From assembly GCA_963514005.1 (NCBI GenBank), contig OY740805.1, positions 18,104,001-18,168,000 of the forward strand: 64,000 nucleotides of DNA, given 5' to 3'. The notes under the pieces were generated by a model. That model ran no database searches. It was not told the DNA's origin and saw only the letters and a program-made list of their open reading frames with translations. The first letter of the stretch is position 1. Each line of letters begins with the position of its first letter. This document shows positions 10,701 through 22,372 of the stretch, piece after piece. The translations under genes and the position numbers were made by a program. The DNA is from Raja brachyura. Its lineage: Eukaryota.

Positions 10701-13272
10701 GAGCTGAGACCAACTGAACAGTGATCATTTCATTGAATGGTGGGACAAATTTGGTTCCTATTCTCAGGGGCTGATAGCCTACTCCTGTTCTATTTCCTCC
10801 TGTTCTTGATAGTTCCCCTCATGGAGGAAACTAGACCTCGGACGCCAGGTTTTCAAAGTGAGGAGAATTTGTTTTTATTTTTCTCCCAGATGATAATGAA
10901 TTGTGGGAATTTTCAACTGCAGAGTGTAGTTTCATTACATTACTGAGAAGGATGGATTTGTTTCTTTGAGAAGTTGTGGGTTACTGGTTACAGACTCTTC
11001 TGGACAAGAGTAGGTCAGTCATGACCTAATTGAGCTGCAGAACAGACTTTACACACGGCCAACAAATGCTTCATTTTTCTTGCGATCTCTACAATTACCC
11101 ACTACGATCATTACATTCTTACTTGTCTGTGATTGGACTCATGTATGATGTATTATGACTGGAGAGCATGCAAGACATAGTATTTCACTGTATTTTTGTA
11201 CACATTACAATAATAAACTAAACTAAACTTTAGGGAGAAGGGAGCAGAATAATGTGGCCCCAATCAGTGGATGATTAATATGGACCCAAACATTCCTTTG
11301 AACTAGTTCTGCCAGTGACTTGTGGGCCTAATCCTGCTTCCCGTTTCTTGTGTTCATGCATTTGATGTCTCTTGCTTACTGTGGTCACTGCTGTGAGTTA
11401 TAACTTCAGTAACATAAGTGAATTAGTTCAGCACTATCCGAGCAAAATTAACAGCCTCTTTAAAAGTGCAGACTTAAATCTGGTGTCGTGAGGGAGAAAC
11501 AAGGTCATCTTTGGGTTGATTGAAATGATTTTGGTTAAGAGCTGAAAATTAAAATGAATAGAAATTAACATTTTGACTTTAGACTTCAGAGGTACGTCAC
11601 GGAAATAGGCCCTTGGCCCACTGAGTCCTCGCTGACCCCCATACACTAGTACTATAGCACGGCAAGTGACAATTTACAATTTTACCAAAGCCAATTAACC
11701 TGAAATCCTGCACTTCTTTGAGATGTGGGAGGAAACTGGAGCACCCAGAGAAAAACATCGCCATCACAGGGCGAATGTACAAACACTGTACAGACAGCAC
11801 CGTTGGTCAGAATCGACCCGAGTCCCTGCTGCTATGGGCACCAACTCTACTCTTGCAACACTGAGGAGATCTTGAATTACAAAATCAATATTTTGGGCTC
11901 ATCACCAAGCATACCAGCACTTGGATTCTTTATATGGTACATTAATATGGAGTTTATTGCATTGAAACAGCCCCCACAAGCCTGCCCTGTCATTTAGTAC
12001 AATCCCTCAGTCATTCCTGATCTGATTTGGTTAGCACGCAAACAAAAACGTTTCACTGTATCTCAATACAAGTGACAATAATAAATCAATAGCAATGCTA
12101 TTGTCTAAGTTCTCCCCATATCTGGTAGATAGGTCCTTGATAACTTCACAGACACCGTTGCCGTCGATATCCACCACTATGTGCTGCACAGTTTCAATGT
12201 CCAAACTAGCTTCCAATAGAATGTCTTTACAGAATTCCATTTTGAGTTGAAAGATACAATATGGACACAGGCCCTTCAGCCCATCATGCAGACCATCGGT
12301 CACCCGTTCACAATAGTTCAATGTTATCCCACTTTTATGTCCAACCCCACACACACACTAGGGGAAATTTACAATTAACTGACAAACCCACACATCTGTG
12401 GAATGTGGGAGAAAACAAGAGCACCCGGGAAGAACCCAGCTGGTCACAGGAAGAACGAGCAAAATCTACGCTGAAGATAGGGAAAAATGCTGGAGAAACT
12501 CAGCAGGTGAGGCAGCATCTATGGAGTGAAGGAATAGGTGACTTTTCGGGTCGAGACCCTCCAAGTAGGGTCTGACCCGAAACGTTGCCTATTCCTTAGC
12601 TCCATAGATGCTGCCTCACCCACTGAGTTTCTCCAGCATTTTTGTCTACCTTCGATTTTTCCAGTATCTGCAGTTCTTTCTTAAAGAAAACCTACACAGA
12701 CAATGCGTGAGGTCAGGATCTAACGCTGGTCTCTGGTGTTGTGAGTGAGGCGGCAGCTCTACCAGCTGTGGACAGTGTTTGGTTTCCTCCTTTTTGTTCT
12801 GCATTGTAATGATTCAAGTTAGGACAGGTGATTGGATTTATGGGTCTCCTGAATCATAAAATAACATTAGGAGCAGTTAGCAGCACAAGAATGGAGCGGT
12901 ATCTGAAATGTAATTACAGTTCCAGGCAACTACGCCCTGCCATTCCATTCCATTTGCTATAGAGTGCGAAAAAAACAAAGTGCTGTAGTAACTCAGCAGG
13001 TCGGGCAACATCTCTGCAGGACATTGACAGGCGCTGTTTCAGATTGGGAACCTACTTCAGACTGACAATAGTCACCCATCCTTTTTCTCCAAAGATGCTG
13101 CTCGATTCCTTGCGTTACTCCAGTGCTTTGTGTCTATCGTCGCCAATCTATGCTCTCCGGAGTTGCGAGCTGACCTGCTGAGTTACACCAGCACTTTGTG
13201 TCTTTTTCTTTGTTGTAAATCGGCAACAACACCTCCTCGCGTCTCCATTGCAGTCAATTGTTTTGTGCTGGT

Positions 13273-13327
13273 CCAATGGCACCGCTCGACAACTGGTGAC
13301 GACCCGTCGTATTTTTATTCTGATTGC
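13273..13327 (+). promoter_or_regulatory. Putative SXY-like (X1-X2-Y) promoter module of the MHC class I gene
   Basis: CCAAT 13273-13277, X1-like CTCGACAACTGG 13285-13296, CRE half-site TGACG 13297-13301 and Y-like CTGATTGC 13320-13327. Locally CpG-rich and about 75-130 bp upstream of the ATG. Confidence 0.5.
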
Positions 13328-13401
13328 ATGATGAGATCCTGCTTTGATGTTGGTGAAGTTTGGCTCAGTTGCTGCTGTTGATGCGAGATGTTGTGCGCGA
13401 A

Positions 13402-13453
13402 ATGATTCTGTTCGTCTTGCTGAGTTTTATTTGTGTACTAGGGGCTCTAGCCG
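13402..13453 (+). CDS. MHC class I heavy chain exon 1 (signal peptide)
   Basis: MILFVLLSFICVLGALA followed by G|GTAAGT, a consensus phase-1 donor that joins in frame to the alpha1 exon (A-G-P-H-T-L). An in-frame upstream ATG is at 13381. Confidence 0.75.
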
Positions 13454-13825
13454 GTAAGTTAATGATTCTAATTTTATTCTCTACTGGCTAAAAGCGTCTT
13501 GACTTAATCTCAATCTGGACAGGAGGCGACTAAATTTAAAAATGCGCGTTAGTCTGAGGAACATGCAGACGTTAAAAAGGTTGCCTCCGAAAATGTCGGA
13601 TGGATTTTTCGCACGGTTGATGTATTGTAAATATTTATTACTTGAATAACGTCTATTTTGAAATTAAAAAAAAAAAAGTTGAAAAGGTTTAATCTCTCCT
13701 GTTTCAGTAAAATCCAGACTGATATTTCTGCTTTGATTTGCACCATGCCCCGTTTCCTTTGAGGAAGAAAGAACTGCAGATCTTGGTTTAAACTGATTTT
13801 AACTCGTGTAAAACAAACAAGGGCG

Positions 13826-14755
13826 AGGCCACTCACCAGGGTTTCCTCGATGCTCCGCTGTTGCTTCCCCCCCCCCCCTCCATTCCCCCCATTCGTATCA
13901 ATGACAAAGTCCCCCTTGTCCTCACCTTCCACCCCATTAGCCGTTGCACACAGCATATAATCCTCCATCATTTTTCCCACCTCCAACAGGATCCCAGTAC
14001 TGGCCACATCTTCCCATCTCCACCCCTTTCTGCTTTCCGTGGAGACCGTTCCCCTGAAATTCCCTGGTCAACTCGTCCTTTTCCACCCAAACTGCCCCCT
14101 CCCCAGGTACTTTCCCCAGCACCGGCAGGAAATGCAACACATGTCCCTTTCCCTCCCCCCTCGACTCCATCCAAGGACCCAAACAGTCTTTCCAGGTGAG
14201 GCAGAGGTTCACTTGCACCTCCTCCAACCTCATCTACTGTTTCCGCAGTTGCAGGTGGCAACCTCTCTCCATCAGCGAGGCCAAGCGCAGGCTCGGCAAT
14301 CATTTTGCTGAACTACTCTGCTCAGTCCATCTTAACCTACCTGATCTCCTGGTTGCTCAGCACTTCAATATCTCCTCCCATTCCCAATCTGACCTTTCTG
14401 TCCTGGGCCTCCTCCATTGTCAGAGTGAGGCGCAGTGCAAATTGGAGGAATAGCACCTCATATTTTGCTTGGGTAGTTTACAATCAAGCGGCATGAACAT
14501 TGACTTCTCCAGCTTTAAATAGCCCTTGCTTTCCCTCTCTATCCCCTCCCCTTTCCCAGTTCTCCCACCAGTCTTACTGTCGTTGCCTACATTCTATATT
14601 TGTCCCATCCACTCCCCTGACATCAGTCTGAAGAAGGGCCTCGACCCGATAGGTCGCCCATTCCTTCTCTCCAGAGATGCTGCCTGCCTGCTGAGTACTC
14701 CAGCATTTTGTGTCTACCTTCGAGTTAAACTAGCATCTGCAGTTCTTTCCTACAC
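13826..14755 (+). mobile_element. Penelope-like element 3' fragment
   Basis: VPLVLTFHP and decayed GIY-YIG NLIYCFRSCRWQPLSISEAKRRL, followed by the terminal repeat with CTGAAGAAGGG.. Confidence 0.85.
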
Positions 14756-14854
14756 AAAGTGCCTTGTTTGACAGGTTCAAGTTTATGGCCAAATGTCGGA
14801 AGAGAGAGAGGCATGAGTACAATGCAAAATCAGGAAAAGATTAGCACAGTCACT

Positions 14855-16805
14855 AAAGATTAGCAAAGTCAAATGTGGGTCCCTTGAAGGTTGGCACAGG
14901 TGAAATTAGTATGGGCAACAAGGAAATGGCAGAGGAGTTGAATAGGTACTTTGGATCAGTCTTCACTAAAGAAGACACAAACAATCTCCCAGATGTACTG
15001 GGGGACAGAGGGCCTAAGGGGGTAGAGGAATTGAAATACATGTTCATTAGGCGAGAAATAGTATTGGGTAGGCTAATGGGAATGAAGAATGATAAATCCC
15101 CTGGGCCTGATGGTCTGCATCCCAGGGTCCTCAGGGAGGAGGCTCTGGAAATAGTGGACGCGTTGGTGATCATTTTCCAATGTTCAAAAGATTCAGGATC
15201 AGCTCCTGTGGTTTGGAGGATAGCTAATGTTATCCCACTTTTCAAGAAAGGAGCGAGAGAGAAAACGGGGAATTACAGACCAGTTTGTCTGACTTCGGTG
15301 GTGGGAGGAATGCAGGAGTCAATTATTAAAGAGGTAATAATGGGGCATTTGGATAGCAGTAAAATGATTAGTCCAAGTCAACATGGATTTATGAAATGGA
15401 AATCATGCTTGACTAATCTTCTGGAATGTTCCACACACTGTGGATTTTGCTATTGACTGAGTGACAACTCTTAGCTCCAAACGTGCGGTCATCGTGTTTA
15501 CGTGGTAAGGTTCTGTGGCCAGGTTTGCAGTTGATGCTAAAATAGGTGGAGGGACAGGCAGTGTAGAGAAAGCAAGGACTTTGCAGAAGGACTTGTTCAG
15601 GTTAGCAGAGTGGGCAGAGAGGTGGCAGATGAAATTCAGTATAGCAAAGTGTGGAGTCATGCATTTTGGTAATACAAATAAAGGCGTAGATTATTTTACA
15701 AATGGAGGGAGAATCCAGAAATCTGAGGTGCACAGTGACATGGGTGTGTTGGTGCAGGATTCCCAAAAAGTTAATTTCCAAATTGAATCGGTAGTCAGGA
15801 AGGTGATTTATATCAAGAGGACTGGAATACAAAAACAGAGATGTCATTCTGAGGCTCCAAAAGGCCACATTTGGAGTACAGTGTGCAAATTTGGGCCCCC
15901 GATCCGAGGAAGGATGTGCTGGCTCTGGTTCAGAGGAGGTTAACAAGAATGATTCCATGAATGAGTGGGTTAGCATATGATGAGCGTTTGACAGCACTGG
16001 GCATCTACTCGCTGGAGTTGAGAATGTTCAGGGGGGAACCTCATTGAAATTTACAGAATAATGAAAAGCAAAGATAGAGTGGATGTGGAAAGGATGTTTC
16101 CACTGGTGGGTGAGTCTAGGACCAGAGGTCATAGCCTCAGAATTAAAGGGTGCTCTTTTAGAAAGGAGGTGAGGAGGAATTTCTTTAGTCAGAGGGTAGT
16201 TAATCTGTGGAACTCATTGCCACAGAGGGCAGTGGAAGCCACGGTGGTGGATATTTTTAAGGCAGAGATCGACACATTGTTGATTAGAACGGGTTATCAT
16301 TGGGAGAAGGCAGGAAAATGGGATTAGGAGGCACAGATCAGCCATAATCAAATGGTGGAGTAGACTCGATGGGCCGAATGGCCTAATTCTACTCCTGTAA
16401 CGTGAACGTGTACAGGTTGGGAGAGTGGGCAGAGAAGAGGCAGATGAAATTCAGTATAGCAAAGTGTGGAGACATGCATTTTGGTAATAAGAATAAAGGC
16501 ATAGACTATTTTACAAATGGAGATAGAATCCAGAAATCGGAGGAGCAAAGTGACTTGCGAGTGTTGGTGCAGGACTCCCAAAAGGTTAATTTGCAAATTG
16601 AACCGGTAGTCAGGAAGGTGATTTATATCACGAGGACTGGAATACAAACCCAGAAAATGCCAGCATGTCGCCAGATTTCAAAGAGTGTCAAAGGTCACAG
16701 AGAGATGACAGGAGAATGGCGTTGAAAGGGAACGATAGGTCAGCCATGATTAAATTGTGGAGTAAACTCGAAGGGCTGAACATCCAAATTCTGCACTTTA
16801 TGAAG
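14855..16805 (+). mobile_element. Decayed CR1 LINE fragments
   Basis: ORFs 14875-15456, 15515-15943 and 16061-16327 match the CR1 RT (KSPGPDGLHPRVL, NYRPVCLTSVV, FFSQRVVNLWNSLP). Confidence 0.9.
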
Positions 16806-18028
16806 CGAGTCAAAGTTCAGAACATGAGGGAGGGTCTTTTTATTTCTCCCCAGACTGGTGTGTCTGAAACCAAAATTCACAGTTTACAAATAAGGCTTCA
16901 GACATTCTTATGGCACCAAAACATGGTGACACTTGTGTATTGCCTAGGTTAGATCTGCTATATGATTTTACTGAGTTGTATACGGAACAAAACTTTTCAC
17001 TGTACCTAGGTGCCTGTGATAATAAAATACTATTGAATCATTGAATTCAGTGTAGTAAAGAGATTAAATTATTTCACCCAGAGGGGAATTAGTCTTTCAA
17101 ATTCTCTGTCCATGAAGGCTGTGGGCATTCAGTCAATCAGATGCTTGAGGCAGGGTTGGAAGATGCTTGGATACAAAAGGAAAAGGTTAGTTTGGAAAAA
17201 TGGTGGTCTGCTAGAGGATCATTATGATCTAATAGAATATCAGAGATTGGGGACAAAGGATGAATGGCACCACTTTACTTATGTTAGGTTTGTTCCCACT
17301 CCACAAGAGAGTCCAGAAGGAAAGAGAGTATAGAGTGTTCAATTGTCATATGTGCTGACTACAAATCAATGACATTCTCGTAGCAGCTGAGCAGAACTGT
17401 AAGACAATACAAATAAATAACATACTAAAAATTCAGCAAATTGATAGTCCCAATGCGTGCAAAAAACACCTTGAATGCTTAGTCTAACCAAAGACTGTCC
17501 ATAGGTCTACAGGGTCTGACTTGACACATCACCTATCCACTGTCACCAGCGATGCTGCCTGATCTGCTGAGTTACTCCAACACTTTGGCTTTATTTTGTT
17601 CATTATTCATAGTTGAGTGTACTGTAGTTCAGGGTTCAATATACGGGAAGATTTTAATGATCACATTCCAGCACACATCAAATGATCACATTCCAGCAGC
17701 ACACAAAAAATGACATTCTCCTTTGATGGTAATAATCTAAGTTGGTGAAAGGGGAAACAGACATAGATATAAAGAATAACATATTTAAAGCAGTTCCAAT
17801 GTAGGAAAATGCTTCAATGAGAATGCTTCAAGTAAGAATATTATTCTGTAACATTTTACTTCGAGCAGTATAATGACATTGCATGACAATTAGCAAAATA
17901 AACATTTAAGGTGCATCTTAAAGAAAAAAATAGAGGAAGGGATATATAGAGAGCAATTCTACGACTTAGGCCTACTCTTCAGATGAAGTACTTACATTTG
18001 TGAATAATCAGGATATTATACTGCCCGG

Positions 18029-18155
18029 GGGTTACACAAAAGGCTGGAGAAACTCAGCGGGTGCAGCAGCATCTAAGGAGTGAAGGAGATAGGCGACGTT
18101 TCGGGTCGAGACCCTTCTTCAGATTCTCCAGCATCTGCAGTTCCTTCTTTAACAC
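18029..18155 (+). mobile_element. Short Penelope-derived element with one arm missing
   Basis: 15-bp TSD TATTATACTGCCCGG at 18014-18028 and 18156-18170. Nearly identical to 2458-2681 but lacking the second arm. Confidence 0.85.
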
Positions 18156-21100
18156 TATTATACTGCCCGGTTCATCATGGGTACTGACCTCACCACCATT
18201 GAAGGGATCCACACGAGACGCTGTCTCAAAAAGGTAGCCAACATCATCACCCTGGCCACACTCTCATTACCTCCTACCATGGGGAAGAAAGTACATGTGC
18301 TTGAAAACCATAGCCACCAGGTTGAAGAATAGCTTCTTCCCAACAACTATCATGCAAATGAACACTACACAATGCTAACCTCAACTGTGAAATTCTATGG
18401 ACTGTCTTTGGTTGCACTAAGGACTTTCAGATTTTGTTTGCCCTAGTAGTGAGGTTAGTAATTGATTGATTTTGTTAGTTGTATTATGTATTTTCTATGT
18501 TTATTGTCTGTACAGACCTGTTATCATGCTCTGAGTAAAAATCTCATTGTTCCGTTTCTCGTTGTGTATATGTGTGTATATATAATTTGGTGCAGGGGGA
18601 AGATATATATATATATATATATGATAATTAAGCACTCAACTCTTGATTAAAACTGGAAGATGGTTTGCAATGCTGAGGAACAATGACGAGGGAAGAGCTG
18701 CGTAGGGAGGAACTGCAGATGCTGGTTTAAACCGAAGATAGACTCAAACAGCTGGAGTAACTCAGCGGGTCAGACAGCAACGCTGGAGAAAAGGAATAGG
18801 TGGCATTTCAGCTCGAGACCTTCTCTCCAGAGATGCTGCGTGTCCCACTGAGTTACTCCAGCATTTTGTGTCAATCTCTAAGTGCTGGAGTAACTCAGCT
18901 GGTCAGGCAGCATCTCCAGCAAACATGGATAGATGACGTTTAGGATCAACACCCTTCCACTGGGTGAAGAAGGGGTCTTGACCCGAAACATCTATCCATC
19001 ATCACATATCCATGTTCTCCAGGGATGCTGCCTTACCCACTAAGATGATCCAGCACTTTACGCATCTATCTTTGTGAACCAACATTTGTAGTTCCTTGTT
19101 TCTAGTGTAAATTGACTTTCATTTGTAGGTAAGTAATATGATCTGGAGAGATATGATGGGAATTTGCAGAGAATAAGAATGGGTTGGTCGAGAGCAAGAG
19201 TTTAATTGTCATCTGTACTGGCAATTGGACAATGAAATTCTCATGCACATATTGAATATAAGATAATCAATGACACAATAAATTAATATTAGTTATACTA
19301 GGTAACCAAACCATAACAGTGGAAAAACAAAACTTCCTTACTGCAAGCAAAATAAAGTCCATCACAGATCAGAGTTGTTGAGGTAAGGTTGTGGTTAGTG
19401 TTGTGCAGTGTTTAAAAGCCTGTTGCTCGTCAGAAAAAAACTGCTCTTAAACCTGGAGCTAACAGTTCTCAGGCTCTCTAACCTCAAAGGTAGTTCATTG
19501 TTTCAATGGTATTTTATTTGTGGCATGTACCAAGGTACAGTGACATTTATTTTTGTATACAGTTTAATACAGATATCACTATATATATATAAGCCCTTAG
19601 ATATATCTTAGATAAGCATCTCAGATGCAGTACGTGTCGCCAGTTATTTGTGCCATTTTCACATCCCAGTTGTTGTAAGTGAGGGTTCTTGGCCTGACCA
19701 TGAGCCCCACTGTCCTGGTGTTGTTCCAGGGTCGGCCTGGCCAAGCGAAGCTGTGGTGTCCTCTACTGCTGCAGGGAGTAACTGGTCCATGCGCCCGGCC
19801 TCTTGGAGCGGCGCCTGGAACAGCCAAGCCCCAGGCTGCTGTAGGGCCTCCAGCGCCCACTCCACTGTTGAGGCAGTGCATTCCCTCATGCAGCCAGTCT
19901 GTCTATCAGCCATCCATCTGACTCCTTCCACTCTGGGCCGACGAGTTGAGCCTTCCAGATGGTTCCTCCATCCTTGGTCCACAGCGACCAAGAACTCGGT
20001 CCATGATGGATGGGCCCGATCTTCCGGGCGAATTCCCGGTCCAGGGTGGCCGGCCCTGAGAGTATGGCCAGGGTGGTGTGGGTCTCTGATGACATTAGCT
20101 GTCTTTCTGAGGCAGCACCTCCTGTAGATCCATTAAATGATGGAATGGAATGGTATGGAATTTGTGCTTCATGGTCAGTGGACTCTGGCGGCTGATGAGT
20201 CTTTTTGTGTGTCTCTGTGACTATATGTGTGGAGAATGCTTTGAAAGTAAGAGTAGGTGAAGGGGCATTCCAAATGATGGGATGCACATGTCATTGTAAA
20301 TGGGGCCCTCAAAGTATTGATCTTTAAAATGCTAAATCCTTCTATCCGGGGATGCTGCCTGTTCCACTGCGTTACTCCAGCATTTTGTCTCGATCTTTGG
20401 TGTAAACCAGCATCTGCAATGCCTTCCTACACAGGCAAAAGAAGGTTTCCAACAATGGATTCTGTTTGTATGGAGTTTATATGTTCTTCCTGTGACCGCT
20501 CGGGTTTCCTCTGGGTGCTCCGGTTTCCTCCCGCGTTCCAACAACGTGTGGGTTTGTAGGTTTATTGGCCTCTGTAAATTGCCCTGAGTGTGTAGGATGT
20601 GAAACAGGGAAAACATAGAACTAGTGTATGGGTGATTGATGGTCAGTGCAGACTCAGTGGGCAGAAAGGCCTGTTTCCATGCTGCATCTGTTAAAAAAGA
20701 TTGGTGAGCATGATACCCGAATTCAAACGTCACGGAAAAACCAACACATTTTAGTTTGTTCAGACAAGAACACCCAATAATGTTTTTATTCAAAGAGAAC
20801 AACAAAGTACTAAAGGTTTGCAGGTACAAAGTCCAACAGTGAGCATTGCTTAATCTAATGTTATACTTTGAACATTGTAGCAGTAGGGCATTCAGCACAG
20901 GGAGGCTGTCCCATTGAGGGGGGACGAGGACAAAGGGGGAACTGTGGGGGTGGGAGTGCCACCAAGAATGAAGGGGGAACTGGTGGGGATGTGGTCTGCT
21001 GCCATGTGTGACAACAGGCAGTGGATAGGACTGTTCGGTACTTTTGTAACTTTGTCTGTACCAACACATGGCGACACTTTTGTACTGCCTAGGTTCAGTT

Positions 21101-22041
21101 TGGTTTATTGTCACGTGTACCGAGGTACAGTGAAAAGCTTTTTGTTGCATGCTAACCAGTCAGTAGAAATACAATACATGATTACAATCAATGCATTTGC
21201 AGTGTAGAGACGCATGATAAGGGAATAATGTTTAGTGCAAAGTGAAGCCTGCAAAGTCCAGTCTAGGATAGACCGAGGTTGTATGGAAAACAAAGCATTT
21301 CACTATACCCAGGTACCCTGGGTACATGTCACAATGGAGTATCATTCATTCTTTCCTTCATTCATCGATCCTATTCCTCCCACCATATGTTCCATAAAAC
21401 ACAGTCACTCATGGCTGTCAATGCTCCTTTGATTTGTTTTTTCCATTAACCTGTGTTGAGCTGGTTAATGGGTTTTGTGAAATGCAGCACAGTGGTGCAA
21501 TGGTAGAGAGCTGCTGCCTCATCGTGCCAGAGACCTAGGTTCAATCCTGACCTCGGGTCTGTCTGTGTGGAGTTGCACGTTTTCGCCGTGACCGCTGTGG
21601 TTCCTCTGGGTGCTCTGGTTTTATGCCACACCGCAAAGGCATGCAAGTTTGTAGGTTAATTTGCCTATGTAAATTGCCCCTAGTGTAATGAGTGGATGAG
21701 AATGTGGAATAACTAGAGTGAATGGGAGATCAATGGTCAGCATGGACTCTGTGGGCTGAAGGGCCCTGAAGGAGACCCGGGTTCGATCCCGATGTCTGTA
21801 TGGAGTTCAAACGTTCTACCCTTGACCTGCGTGGGTTTTCTCTGAGATCTTTGGTTTCCTGCCACATTCCAAAGACGTGCAGGTTTGTAGGTTAATTGGC
21901 TTGGTAAATGTAAAAAATGTCCCAGGTGCGCGTTAATGTGCAGGGATCACTGGTCAGCACGGACCTGGTGGGCCAAAGGGCCTGTTTCCGCGCTGTATCT
22001 CGAAACATAGCCATGTTGAACATTGTTGAAAAGGATAGTAA

Positions 22042-22372
22042 AAGCCTTGTCCCACTGTACGAGTACATTCGAAGAGTTCTCCCGAGTTTGCCCTGATTCG
22101 AACTCAGAGATTTACGGTAATGGCCACTCGTCGGTACTCGGGGCTCTCGTGGACATTTTTCAACATGTTGAAAAATCTTCATGAGTCTTCCCGAGCTTAC
22201 CTGCCATTAGCAAGTCTTCCCGAGTACCTGCCGTTAGCGTTACGATCCGCTAAGAGACGTCCCCGAGCTCCGACATACCCACTACATTCATTCTCCGTGC
22301 TTCCCACGAGTTAGATTTTTTTTTAAACTCGGAAGAGCTCTTGAATGAACGCGCATCGTGGGACAGGGCCCA
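22042..22372. mobile_element. PIF/Harbinger-type MITE, family A
   Basis: TIRs TGTCCCACTGTAC / GTGGGACAGGGCC, flanked by TAA and TTA. Interior is the reverse complement of 5300-5616. Confidence 0.75.

Noticed and set aside
17656-17704. Short tandem duplication AATGATCACATTCCAGCA
   Set aside because: An ordinary slippage-type duplication with no further structure.
19620-20130. GC-richer segment with several overlapping ORFs
   Set aside because: No motif I can identify. It is flanked by LINE-like pieces and is probably repeat-derived, so it is left uncalled.
20332-21150. 272-aa minus-strand ORF
   Set aside because: It runs across LINE-tail, SINE and PLE pieces with no recognisable domain, so it is a chance open frame.
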